IMG/VR virus record: IMGVR_UViG_3300049183_000008
Location: 1-28,075 of that record
DNA length: 28,075 nucleotides
Direction: 5' to 3' (one strand)
Origin: a virus
Taxonomy: Duplodnaviria > Caudoviricetes
Of this stretch, positions 14,307 through 23,635 are shown one piece after another. The position numbers were made by a program, and so were the translations under genes. Positions within the stretch are counted from its first letter, which is position 1; the number at the start of each line of letters is the position of its first letter. The notes beneath the pieces were generated by a model. The model had not been told where the DNA came from. It did no database searches and saw only the letters and a program-made list of their open reading frames with translations.

Positions 14307-16871
14307 GTGACCACCCTCAGTTTTGACATCTTCGCCCGCGACCATGGGTCGGACGTTTTCAAGCGGCTGTCGAAGAATATTGATGCCAGCAAGAAGGAAC
14401 TCAGTACCTTCGGCGACTCGGCAGCCCGGTCGTTTGCCAAGACCGCGAACTCGCTGTCCAACATCCCTACTGCCGCTGCCGGGCTTGCGGGGGTCGGACA
14501 GATTGTCAATGGCCTGTCGGGCACGCTGGGGCTGCTGCCCGCAGCGGCGGCGTCGGCGGGGGCAGCGTTTGCCACGCTGGCGGTCGGGGTGCAAGGGTTC
14601 GCCGAGGGGTTCAAGCAACTCGCCGACTCGACGAAGATCCAGAAGGGGACTGCTGGCGTCGCCGACGCGGCGGTGCAGTCGGCGCGGCGGATCGAGAGCG
14701 CGCAGCAGGCGGTGGCTCGCGCGAGCCGGGGCGTGAAGGACGCCGAGGAGGCGTTGACCCGGGCACAGCAGAACGCGAAGGACGCCCAAGAAGGGTTGAT
14801 CAGGGCGCGGGAGGACGCCGCTCGGCAATTGCACGATCTGAGCCGGTCGGTGGCCAACGCGGCACTGGACGAAGAGTCCGCCGTGTTGGCGGTGGAGCGG
14901 GCACAGCACAACCTGGCCGATGCCCGCCAGCAGGGCGCCTCGGCCTTGGATCTGCGTGAGGCCGAATTGGGAGTACGGCAGGCCGAGCAGGCGTTGTCCG
15001 ACACCCGGGACCGTTATGCCGAGCTGCAGGCCGAGGCGGCGAAGGCCAACAAGGTTGGGGTCGAGGGCAGTGACCAGGTTGTCCAGGCGCAGCGGGCGGT
15101 AGCCGACGCTGCTCTCGGAGTTCAGCATGCGCGCCAGGGTGTGGCCGACGCCGCAGGCGAGGTGGCGAACGCCGAGAAGGATCTTGCCCAAGCACACGAA
15201 GATGCCGCGCGGGCTGCAGGCAAGGCGGGCGCTGCGCTGAGCGCGAACACCGAGAAGTTCGATAAGCTCGGCAAGAACGCGCAGGATACGATCCGATCGA
15301 TCCTCGGTTTGAGCGGTGCGTGGACCGGCCTGCAGCACTCAGTGAGTGACGCGCTATTCGCCGGCGTGGGTGATGAGGTCAAGAAGCTCGGCGGCACTTA
15401 CATTCCGGTACTGAAGAGCGGCATGACCGATGTTGCCGGCGAGTTCAACCGCGGCGGACGGTCGCTGGCCGATTTCCTCGCCCAGGGTGAGCAGGTCAAG
15501 ACCGTCAACTCGATCTTCGGTGCTTCCAAGGCGGTCTCTGGGCAGTTCGCCGACTCGCTGAAGCCAATCACGTCGATCATGCTGGACATCACGGCAGTGG
15601 GTAGTGAGATGCTGCCCAGCCTGACCGGAGGGTTTAGCAGCGCCGCCCAAGGCGCCGCTGACTTCGTTCGCAACGCCCGCGAGACCGGAGCGTTGCGCGA
15701 ATGGATCGAGCGAGGGTTGGATACCCTCCACAAACTGGGCGAATTGTTCGGCAACATCGGCGGAATAATCTCCACGGTGTTCTCCGGGCTTAATTCCGGC
15801 GGGAAGAACTTCCTCGACACCATGATCTCGGTCACTGGGAAGGTCGAGGAGTTCCTGAAGTCGTTCGAGGGCCAGCAGGCACTGAAGGCTCTCGGGCAGG
15901 CCCTGAGCGCGGTCTCCAGCGTTGTTACGCGGGTAATGCTCGAGGCGTTCAAGCAATTGGCACCGATCGTCGTGAACTTGGCGCCAGGGTTCGCCGAGTT
16001 GGCACGGCAAGTCGGGGATGTGCTCGTGGCTGCCTTGCAGGTAGCTGGACCACTGCTGCAGGCGATCGCCAAGGGCTTGTCGGACAACATAGACTGGCTC
16101 GGCCCGCTCGCTATCGGCCTGTACGCGGGAGCCAAGGCGTTCGGCATCATCAACGCCGCGCTGGTGCTGCTGAAGATCGAAGCGCTAAGCAACCCCTGGC
16201 TGGCGATCATCGCTGCCACCATCGCGGTTGCCACGCTGATTATTACCAACTGGGACAGCATCGTGGCTTTCCTCGGAAAGGTCTGGGAGGGCATCAAGGC
16301 AGTCGCAGGTGCCACCTGGGAGGGAATCAAGAACGTCATCGTCGACCCAATAGTTGCGGCTGCTCGGTGGATCGGTGACGTAGTTGGAAACATAGTCGAC
16401 TTCTTCGCCAGCCTGCCGCGCCGGATCGGTGAAGGTCTCGGCCAACTCGGCAGGGTCATCGGGGACATCTTCAAGGGCGCCCTGAACATCGCGATCGAGA
16501 TCATCAACTGGTTCATCCGACGCGCCAACGACCTCATCTACGGCATAAACCTAATCAACCCATTCGACGATATCCCGCCGATCCCGGAGATCAAAAAGCT
16601 GCACGGTGGCGGCGTAGTCCCCGGGCATCCGGGTGAGGAGAAGCTGGCCATCCTCAAGGCCAACGAGCGAGTGTTCCCAGCCGACTACGATTGGGGGCCG
16701 CCAGCCATGTCAAGAACTGGCGCGGCGGGCTCGGCGGGGCGTTCTGGGCAGGATGTCCGCGTCACGCTCGAGATCGTTGGCAACGGCGGCCTAGCTGAAG
16801 CTGTCAATTATGGCGTGCGCGCACGGCAGATCCAACTGCACGTGAACGGCGTTCCAGTAACGGCGGCGTGA
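14307..16871 (+). CDS. Tape measure protein
   Basis: 854 aa Ala/Gly-rich helical; LSFDIFARD N-term, coiled coil, NPWLAIIAA..LIITNWDSI and W-spaced repeats, C-term LHGGGVVPG...NERV. Confidence 0.93.
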   Translation: MTTLSFDIFARDHGSDVFKRLSKNIDASKKELSTFGDSAARSFAKTANSLSNIPTAAAGLAGVGQIVNGLSGTLGLLPAAAASAGAAFATLAVGVQGFAEGFKQLADSTKIQKGTAGVADAAVQSARRIESAQQAVARASRGVKDAEEALTRAQQNAKDAQEGLIRAREDAARQLHDLSRSVANAALDEESAVLAVERAQHNLADARQQGASALDLREAELGVRQAEQALSDTRDRYAELQAEAAKANKVGVEGSDQVVQAQRAVADAALGVQHARQGVADAAGEVANAEKDLAQAHEDAARAAGKAGAALSANTEKFDKLGKNAQDTIRSILGLSGAWTGLQHSVSDALFAGVGDEVKKLGGTYIPVLKSGMTDVAGEFNRGGRSLADFLAQGEQVKTVNSIFGASKAVSGQFADSLKPITSIMLDITAVGSEMLPSLTGGFSSAAQGAADFVRNARETGALREWIERGLDTLHKLGELFGNIGGIISTVFSGLNSGGKNFLDTMISVTGKVEEFLKSFEGQQALKALGQALSAVSSVVTRVMLEAFKQLAPIVVNLAPGFAELARQVGDVLVAALQVAGPLLQAIAKGLSDNIDWLGPLAIGLYAGAKAFGIINAALVLLKIEALSNPWLAIIAATIAVATLIITNWDSIVAFLGKVWEGIKAVAGATWEGIKNVIVDPIVAAARWIGDVVGNIVDFFASLPRRIGEGLGQLGRVIGDIFKGALNIAIEIINWFIRRANDLIYGINLINPFDDIPPIPEIKKLHGGGVVPGHPGEEKLAILKANERVFPADYDWGPPAMSRTGAAGSAGRSGQDVRVTLEIVGNGGLAEAVNYGVRARQIQLHVNGVPVTAA

Positions 16872-16872
16872 C

Positions 16873-19593
16873 ATGGCGCTTGGGTTCCCTAGGGACGAGT
16901 TCCTTGAGATGTACTTCCCTGGTCTCGGCTGGGCGGACCTCACCACGCGGCTACGTCAGACCGATCCGGTCACAGTTACACGGGGACGCGGCGGTGAGCA
17001 GGGCGACGTAGCCCCGACCACGTTCTCAGCGACGTTGAAGAACCAGGACGGCAACATGTCGCCCGGGAACGTCGCCGGCCCCTACTACGGCCTACTGGGG
17101 CGCAACACCCCCGTTCAATGGGGCTTCGGGGTCGTGCGGGACACATTCACTCGGACTGTGGTGGACGGACTGGGTTCCGCCACGACGGGCGAGCCGTGGA
17201 CGCTGGACGGGACTGCGGCGAACTTCGACGTGAACGGCTCGGCCGCCACAATCCTGGTGCCGACCGCTAACGCCACCAGGCACGCATATCTGACCTACCT
17301 TGAGCCGTTCGCGGACTACGAAGTCACCGTGGACGTCACCATTCCATACCCGAACGGCGCCTCGAACAGTGGCGGGGTAATTTTTCGCGGCACCACTACC
17401 TCGAACTTCTGCCGACTCAGCCTTACGGTGAGCGACACCGGGCTCGTGACGCTGAACATGGCCAACAGCGGCGGGTCCACCGTCGACGACGTGATCACCG
17501 TGGACACCACCTCGGCCGGCACCTATCGAGTCCGCGCATTGGTCGAGGGGCAGACGGTTCGGGGTAAGGCATGGCGGGTCGCGGACCCGGTTCCGTTGGC
17601 GTGGCAGGTTGAAGGCAACTTCGGCAGCGGCATGCTCACCGCTGGGTGGGCCGGTATCCGCGCTCGCTCGGGTACCGGGTCGTCAAACGTCACCATCACG
17701 GTGGACAACTTCACGGTGCGCCTCATCCGGTTCTCGGGAGAGGTCACCAGCCTCGAACCGAAATGGAGCGAAGGGCACAAGGTTAAGTGGGCCGAACTGG
17801 TCGCCTCGGGCGTCACGCAACGTTTAGGCCAGGGGAAGACGACGCTCAAGTCGGCGCTGCGCCGCTACATCACAAAAGTGTGGCCATTCGAACCGCTAGC
17901 ATACTGGGCTTTGGACGATAAGCAGAACGCCGAGGCGGGGCGCCTTACTGCGGGGGCAGGACAGGACGCGCAGTACGCGAATGGATTCGAAAACCTGAGC
18001 CCAGCGCGAGTGTGTGGAAAAGGTGATCTTGGCGTATGGAACGGCTCAGCCGCCTCATTCCAAGCGCCGACCAGTGTGTTCCAGTTGTTTCCTCAACTGG
18101 TCGAAGGACCAGCCTCGTCCGGCTGGACGTCTCATTGCGCTGCTTCCTTCGACGGAGTGACCGTTGACGGAGCCAACAACTATGAAGACTTCGGCGTAAC
18201 GTCCGCGAGTGGCTTCTGGGCCGCCAAGCTCGACTCGTCCTCGGGAACTGTTGAACTTAGCCGTCCTAACGGTGGGACGGCCACCGCATCGGCGGGATCT
18301 ATGTTTGACGGACGGCCACATCTGCTTAGCCTGACTGTGGCTCAGAGCGGCGCCGACTGTATCGGATCATTCTATCTAGACGGCAACTTGGTCACCAGCA
18401 TCACGCAAACTTCGCTAACAAACACCTATCCATCGTCGATCTTCTTCAACGTTATCGGCGTGGAGGCGCGACGGCGATCACCAGGGCACGTGATTCTGTA
18501 TGCTGGCAGTGGCCCGGCGCACGCCGACCTGTATGCCGCACTCCTCGGCTGGCCTGGCGAGACAGCGGGCAATCGCATCCAACGACTGTGCGAAGAAGAG
18601 GGAGTGCCGTTCGATTACCTGGGAACCCTGAACTCGACCGCTCCCATGGGCCCGCAATACGCGGACGACACCTTCCTTGAGGTCATCCGCGAATGCGCGA
18701 AGACCGACCAGGGCTCGCTGTTCGAGCAGCGCAGCCTTGCCGGACTCGGATACCGGCCGCTTGAGAGCACCCAGAATCAAACCGCCATTGCCTCCCTGGA
18801 CTATGTCGCCAAGCAACTCGCTCCAGGCCTGCGACCTTCGACTGATGACCGGCCGACACGGAATCTCATCACTGCCAAGCGCCGAGACGGAGGTGAGTTC
18901 GTCGCTGAGCAGACTGCTGGGCCCATGAACACCGCCGACCCAGGCAGCATCGAAGGGGCGGTGGGCGTGATCGACGACGACCTTGACGTGAATCCGGAAA
19001 ACGATGCCGCCCTCCAGGACATCGCGTGGCGCGCTGTGTCGTTTGGCACTGTCCCGGACGATCGATACCGGCAGGTCACGGTGAACCTGCGTTCCGCCGG
19101 GGTGGCGAACTCCACCGCGCTCACCGCAGCGCTACTCACCCTGGACACTGACGACCGGTTCCAACTAACCAACATGCAGGCGATCGACGTGCACGACCCG
19201 GTGGACCAGATCGCCCGCGGCTACACCGAAAGCTGCCCCGACTCCCGGCAGCACACGATCACCTTCAACACCGCGCCGTACACCCCTTATCGGGTGTTCG
19301 TGCTCGATACCGATCGGCTCGACTCCGACACGGCATCTCTCGCGGCGAACGTGGCCGCTGGACAGGCGCTGCCCTACACGATCTCGGTTGCCGACAGCGC
19401 CGTGCTGTGGACGACCGCAGCGGGGGACTTCCCCCTGGACATCGTGATCGCCGGGCAGCGGTTGACGATCAGCGGCATCTCGGGCGCCAGCTCCCCGCAG
19501 ACCTTCACCGTCTCGGCACGGGCCAACGGGGTGGACAAGGCGCAGGTGGCTGGCGCAAAGGTGTCACTGGCGGACTCAACGGTATTAGGCTAG
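16873..19593 (+). CDS. Large minor tail/tail-tip protein with lectin-like (LamG-like) insert
   Basis: 906 aa after TMP; W.DLT..L...VTVTRGR, L.N.DG..SP, RFSGEV, PLAYWALDD, FDGRPH...YLDG, GETAG.RI.RLC.E. Confidence 0.82.
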   Translation: MALGFPRDEFLEMYFPGLGWADLTTRLRQTDPVTVTRGRGGEQGDVAPTTFSATLKNQDGNMSPGNVAGPYYGLLGRNTPVQWGFGVVRDTFTRTVVDGLGSATTGEPWTLDGTAANFDVNGSAATILVPTANATRHAYLTYLEPFADYEVTVDVTIPYPNGASNSGGVIFRGTTTSNFCRLSLTVSDTGLVTLNMANSGGSTVDDVITVDTTSAGTYRVRALVEGQTVRGKAWRVADPVPLAWQVEGNFGSGMLTAGWAGIRARSGTGSSNVTITVDNFTVRLIRFSGEVTSLEPKWSEGHKVKWAELVASGVTQRLGQGKTTLKSALRRYITKVWPFEPLAYWALDDKQNAEAGRLTAGAGQDAQYANGFENLSPARVCGKGDLGVWNGSAASFQAPTSVFQLFPQLVEGPASSGWTSHCAASFDGVTVDGANNYEDFGVTSASGFWAAKLDSSSGTVELSRPNGGTATASAGSMFDGRPHLLSLTVAQSGADCIGSFYLDGNLVTSITQTSLTNTYPSSIFFNVIGVEARRRSPGHVILYAGSGPAHADLYAALLGWPGETAGNRIQRLCEEEGVPFDYLGTLNSTAPMGPQYADDTFLEVIRECAKTDQGSLFEQRSLAGLGYRPLESTQNQTAIASLDYVAKQLAPGLRPSTDDRPTRNLITAKRRDGGEFVAEQTAGPMNTADPGSIEGAVGVIDDDLDVNPENDAALQDIAWRAVSFGTVPDDRYRQVTVNLRSAGVANSTALTAALLTLDTDDRFQLTNMQAIDVHDPVDQIARGYTESCPDSRQHTITFNTAPYTPYRVFVLDTDRLDSDTASLAANVAAGQALPYTISVADSAVLWTTAAGDFPLDIVIAGQRLTISGISGASSPQTFTVSARANGVDKAQVAGAKVSLADSTVLG

Positions 19594-19601
19594 GAGGTTC
19601 C

Positions 19602-20105
19602 GTGGCCTTTTCCTCGGGCAGCAAGCTGACCGCTTCTCAGCTCAACAACTTCTCCCCCTCGGGCAACGTGACTGCCGGAGGCAATGTTCAAGCGGCCACA
19701 CCGCTGACCGTCAGCGACATCCAGATGACAAATGGAACCACCGGATCTACGACGTTCACCGCAACCCTGACCGGGGGCACCGCATGCGGCGTCGTGTTCA
19801 CGGCACCAACGTCGGGCAAGGTAATGGTCCATAACAATTGCGGGCTGTTTAACACCACCGACTTCAGTATTTGCGGCTACGAGGTTCGCACCGGGAACGT
19901 GGTCGGCAGCGGGACGGTCGTGCAAGCGGTCGACGACGACCACGCCCTGATCACCAAGGCGACAAACCTCGACCAACGCGGCAACCAGTGGCCGCTGACG
20001 GGCCTAACTGCGGGCAATGAATATAACGTCCGGCAGCTGTACCGCGTGGTATCGGGCACCGGGAACTTCCAGCGTAAGAACCTCAGCGTGGTTCCTCAAA
20101 TGTGA
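19602..20105 (+). CDS. Minor tail / small fibre protein
   Basis: GTG 19602 with AGGAGG; N-term F.SG.KLTA.QLN attachment-type motif, beta-rich C-term with GLTAG..YN. Confidence 0.75.
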   Translation: MAFSSGSKLTASQLNNFSPSGNVTAGGNVQAATPLTVSDIQMTNGTTGSTTFTATLTGGTACGVVFTAPTSGKVMVHNNCGLFNTTDFSICGYEVRTGNVVGSGTVVQAVDDDHALITKATNLDQRGNQWPLTGLTAGNEYNVRQLYRVVSGTGNFQRKNLSVVPQM

Positions 20106-20117
20106 GGAGGGCCGATA

Positions 20118-20327
20118 GTGGACGACGTTCGGGTCACCGCCGAGTATTGGCAAGACGGGGACGGTTGGCATGCTCACGCCTATGGCGGGCCTGTTGAGGC
20201 ACCGGTTGACCTGACGGTGACAGGCAGCGATGAGGCAGGAATGCGGGAGGCGTTCATCGGACAATGGAACGAGGCGGCTGGTACCGCCTGGGATGCCGCG
20301 CAATTCCGATGGGTCACGACCGGCTGA
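20118..20327 (+). CDS. Hypothetical 69-aa protein (HicB-N-like pattern or fibre chaperone)
   Basis: GAGGAGG RBS, GTG start; VTAEYWQDGDGWHAH...TVTGSDEAGMREAF. Confidence 0.7.
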   Translation: MDDVRVTAEYWQDGDGWHAHAYGGPVEAPVDLTVTGSDEAGMREAFIGQWNEAAGTAWDAAQFRWVTTG

Positions 20328-20373
20328 TTAACAAGTAACCATCTTACGGATCTAGCAGACGGGGAAAGCTGCG

Positions 20374-20937
20374 ATGATCATAATCAAGTCTGGCCGGCAT
20401 CCACTCGCCGTCAGCCTACTAGGTTTCCTGGCGCTGTCCGGCCTCAGCGGTCTGATGACCTACAGCCGGAGTGCCAGCGGAACGATTCGCTCTCTGCCCG
20501 ACCCGCTCGGAGTTGTGTTCTATGTGGTGCTATTCGCGGGTTCAGCTATCGCAATCGTCGGCGTGTTCACCCGCGGCCTACTAGGGCCACTGCTGGAGCG
20601 GTCCGGGCTGTGCATGCTGTCGGGCCTTCTGCCTGGCTACGCCATTTTGGCCATCGCGCGCATCGGGTGGCCAGCGATGTTCGTCGCCTCCATCTTGCTG
20701 GGGCTGGCGGTGGGCTGCGTGTGGCGGATTGTCCAGATCGGCCGGGAGATGAAGTTGGTGCGCGTCGGCGCGGCCCGCGTCGGCGCGATGGATGAACTTG
20801 GAGGACGGCGTGAACGTTGGCGAGCTGCTGGCCATCGTCACAGGGGCGGGCGGTCTCCTGGGGACGATCGCGGCGCTGATCTACATCCGCCCGCAGCTTC
20901 GGAAACTGACCGCAGAGGGCAGCAAGACCCGAGCTGA
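20374..20937 (+). CDS. Four-TM membrane protein of lysis cassette
   Basis: GRHP N-term, four hydrophobic helices, LER.GL motif; C-terminal ~40 aa overlap next gene. Confidence 0.7.
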   Translation: MIIIKSGRHPLAVSLLGFLALSGLSGLMTYSRSASGTIRSLPDPLGVVFYVVLFAGSAIAIVGVFTRGLLGPLLERSGLCMLSGLLPGYAILAIARIGWPAMFVASILLGLAVGCVWRIVQIGREMKLVRVGAARVGAMDELGGRRERWRAAGHRHRGGRSPGDDRGADLHPPAASETDRRGQQDPS

Positions 20938-21205
20938 CGAGGCTGCCGTGCTAACGACCACGTCTCTGAGTCTGTTGCGGCCGGTCGAGGAGAAGGCAGC
21001 CAAGCTCGAGGCGCAGTTGGAGCGCGCCGAAGCGAAGATCGCCGAGCTCGGCCTCAGCTTGTACACGGCGAATGCTCGCGCCGATGGGCTCGCCAGCAAA
21101 TTGAGCGGCGCGGAACGCACCATCCAATCGCTAACTGATCGTTTGCAGCTCGCGCAACGGCTGCTCACCGAGCACGGGGTCCCGTTCCCGCCCGTGGAAG
21201 GTTAA
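20810..21205 (+). CDS. Single-TM coiled-coil lysis-associated membrane protein
   Basis: GTG 20810 after GGAGGA (alt ATG 20792); N-term TM, long coiled coil, L..HGVP end; directly before endolysin. Confidence 0.78.
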   Translation: MNVGELLAIVTGAGGLLGTIAALIYIRPQLRKLTAEGSKTRADEAAVLTTTSLSLLRPVEEKAAKLEAQLERAEAKIAELGLSLYTANARADGLASKLSGAERTIQSLTDRLQLAQRLLTEHGVPFPPVEG

Positions 21206-21235
21206 AGCAAGCAGGGGACCTGAAAGGGTGAGCAA

Positions 21236-22108
21236 ATGGCCGCATGGCTTGACTTCTCCGGCCGACCCCCCGGAGCCGCCGCTATCAAGGCACGCGGCTA
21301 TGCCGGAGTGCTGCGCTACATCGGACTCGGCAACGAGGGCAAGCAAATCCACCGCGCCGAATACGAGGACTACATCAGGAACGGCCTCGGCGTGCTGCTG
21401 GTCGCCGAACTCGGCACCGGCGATGCCTGGGATGCGCTGGACGACTACGCCACCGGCCGTGCCCGCGCCATGATCGCCCTCCAAGACGCGCGTCGGGAAG
21501 GCATCCCGGACTCGGTGGGCATCGCGTGCGCCGCCGATGCGCACGCCTCCAGCGCCACCCAGATCCGCGACGCCGTGCAGTACGCCGCAGGGTTCGCCTC
21601 GGTGCTCGGCTGGGAGCGCACCGGGTTCTACGGCTTCTCCGAGACCTCCCAGGCGGTGCACGCCGCGGGGGTCGTGGGCTGGCACTGGCGCTGCGGCTCC
21701 GAACCGTCCAGCGAGGACAAGAAATGGGTCAACTTCTGGCAGCGCAACCGCGCCCCCAGCACGGTTGTGATCAACGGAACCACCTGTGACATCAACGAAG
21801 CATTCGCACCACTGCATGGAGATGACATGCCACTCACTCAGGCCGACGTGAACTTCTTCTGGGACGGCACCATCCTGGACGGCAAGACGCCCCGGCAGCG
21901 ACTGGAGCAGGTCGAGGGATATGGCGAGCGGGTCACGCACACCGAGGCGATGGTCACCGAGCTCGCGAAGCAGGTGACCGAGGTGCGGGATGCCATCGCG
22001 AAGATCCAGGTCGGTGGCGTCGACGTCGCCGCCCTCGCTGAGGCCGTCGTTGACGAGCAGGACCGCCGTGCCCGCGACGGCGACCCCACCACCGGACCCA
22101 CCACCTAA
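21236..22108 (+). CDS. Endolysin, DUF1906 (Rv2525c/GH25-like) glycoside hydrolase
   Basis: LDFS..PP....IKA.GY.GV.RY, GFYG, W, CDIN motifs; helical C-terminal extension; next to holin. Confidence 0.88.
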   Translation: MAAWLDFSGRPPGAAAIKARGYAGVLRYIGLGNEGKQIHRAEYEDYIRNGLGVLLVAELGTGDAWDALDDYATGRARAMIALQDARREGIPDSVGIACAADAHASSATQIRDAVQYAAGFASVLGWERTGFYGFSETSQAVHAAGVVGWHWRCGSEPSSEDKKWVNFWQRNRAPSTVVINGTTCDINEAFAPLHGDDMPLTQADVNFFWDGTILDGKTPRQRLEQVEGYGERVTHTEAMVTELAKQVTEVRDAIAKIQVGGVDVAALAEAVVDEQDRRARDGDPTTGPTT

Positions 22109-22126
22109 CCAAGCAGGGAGATGTCA

Positions 22127-22348
22127 ATGTTCACTCGTGAGTACTGGAAGGACCTCGCCGAGCGCACGGTCAGCTCGTTCGCCGGCGGCGCGCTGGCGGC
22201 ACTGGGCGGTGACGCCGTGAACGCCTGGAACGTGGACTGGAAGCTGGCACTCGGGTTCGGCGCAGGCGCTGCAGTGCTGTCCGTCCTGAAGGGCCTGACC
22301 GCGCGGCTGCGCGGCAACCCCGAGTCCGCCTCGATGCTCGGGCGCTGA
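22127..22348 (+). CDS. Holin, r1t-like family
   Basis: MFT..YWKD.AER.V.SFA..AL...VDW..ALG....AAVLSVLK...GNPESAS; AGGGAG RBS fits ATG 22127 (alt 22121). Confidence 0.88.
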   Translation: MFTREYWKDLAERTVSSFAGGALAALGGDAVNAWNVDWKLALGFGAGAAVLSVLKGLTARLRGNPESASMLGR

Positions 22349-22351
22349 CCG

Positions 22352-22693
22352 GTGACCAACCTGGTCATCAAGCAGGGCACCGACCCGGTCATCACCGTCC
22401 CCAACGTCCGCGACGCGGCCGGGGTTCTGATCACCAACTGGGCGGGATTTTCGGTGCTGGCACAGATCCGCGAGCGGGTCGAGTCGTCCACTGTGCTGCA
22501 TGAGTGGACCAGCCAGGGCGGATCGGCTAACGCCACGTTCAGCGGTTCGGACGTGGTGTTGGCCCTGCCGAACGCCACGTCGAGCGCATGGACGTGGCAT
22601 GAGGCCCGATACGACGTCGAACTCACCGGCCCCGCCGGGAAGGCCCGGATCGCCGAGGGCCACGTGATCGTCTCACGAGAGGTAACCCGCTGA
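22352..22693 (+). CDS. BppU/LtfC-like fibre-attachment beta-sandwich protein
   Basis: I.QG.D, GFS..AQIR, YDVELT..G...RI.EG...VS.EVTR pattern. Confidence 0.68.
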   Translation: MTNLVIKQGTDPVITVPNVRDAAGVLITNWAGFSVLAQIRERVESSTVLHEWTSQGGSANATFSGSDVVLALPNATSSAWTWHEARYDVELTGPAGKARIAEGHVIVSREVTR

Positions 22694-23349
22694 TGCCCTT
22701 CAACGACACGGCCAAGAACGTCGCGCTGGACGCGCTGGACGAGTCCGCCACACAGATCACCCACGTGGGTATCCACACGCTCACCGATCCGGGCACAGGC
22801 ACCAATGCCAACTCGGGTGAGGCAACGGGCGGTTCCCCGGCCTACGCCCGCGTGGCGGCCACGTGGGGAGCCGCGGCGTCCGGGCAGAAGACGAACACGA
22901 ACACGTTCACCTTCGATGTTCCGGCTGGCACCTACGGGTTCTTCACCCTGTTCAACGCCAGTACGGGCAACACGAACAACTACCGGGGCTACATCCCGTT
23001 CGGCGGGGCTTCGGCGTTGAAGGGGTTCTTCAGTGTGGACACGACCCTGACCAACGACCAGTTGTTCTCGGTCGGCCACGGGATGTCGGACGGCGACCGG
23101 GTGATGCTGTTCAACGTGTTCTCCGAGACCCTCCCCACGGGAGTGTCCGAAGGCACCGTCTACTTCGTCGTCGCCTCGGCCACCAACACCTTCAAGGTGA
23201 GCCTCACCTCCGGCGGAGCTGCGGTGGACATCACTGCGGTCGGCGGCGGCGAGGGTTTCTGGCAGCGAATCGTGCCCGAGGTGTTCGCCGCCCAGGGTCA
23301 GATCACCGCTGCCGTCGGTGCATTGGTGCTCGACGCGACCGCAATGTGA
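22693..23349 (+). CDS. Phage fibre-associated structural protein (mycobacteriophage Gp80-like) with inserted beta domain
   Basis: KN..LDA, H..DPG, E.TGG..AYAR...WGAAASG, FDVPAG, F.AQG..T; insert HGMSDGDRV...LPTG...YFVV....NTFKVS.T.GG..VDIT. Confidence 0.72.
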   Translation: MPFNDTAKNVALDALDESATQITHVGIHTLTDPGTGTNANSGEATGGSPAYARVAATWGAAASGQKTNTNTFTFDVPAGTYGFFTLFNASTGNTNNYRGYIPFGGASALKGFFSVDTTLTNDQLFSVGHGMSDGDRVMLFNVFSETLPTGVSEGTVYFVVASATNTFKVSLTSGGAAVDITAVGGGEGFWQRIVPEVFAAQGQITAAVGALVLDATAM

Positions 23350-23380
23350 ACAGACCAAACTAAGTCACGAAAGGTGCAGC

Positions 23381-23632
23381 ATGACCGAGCCTCGCGTATG
23401 GAATGTCGACGACCTGAACAATCCGCCCGAGCCGTGGGTGTGGGGTGAGAATCCCCCGGACTCCACCGATCTGCGGATCACCACCGATCAGTCGGCAGTC
23501 CGGCGTTACACGCTGGAGCCCGACATCGCCCAGGAGGGCAACTGGACGCCCGTGGGTACGGCCAACTCCCACCCGTGGAGCTACTGGCTCGCCGCGAAGT
23601 GGGACCCGCTGACCGAGGTCCCCCCGGCGTAA
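23381..23632 (+). CDS. Hypothetical Trp-rich protein (83 aa)
   Basis: GAAAGG RBS, ATG 23381; RVW...PEP N-term and W...W.PLTEV C-term. Confidence 0.68.
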   Translation: MTEPRVWNVDDLNNPPEPWVWGENPPDSTDLRITTDQSAVRRYTLEPDIAQEGNWTPVGTANSHPWSYWLAAKWDPLTEVPPA

Positions 23633-23635
23633 CTG

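Noticed and set aside
20328-20373. AT-rich gap as promoter for lysis genes
   Set aside because: TTAACA present but no correctly spaced -10 element
21208-22377. CAAGCAGGG recurring before endolysin, before holin and within next gene
   Set aside because: 9-mer overlapping SD-like sequence, one copy coding; compatible with chance
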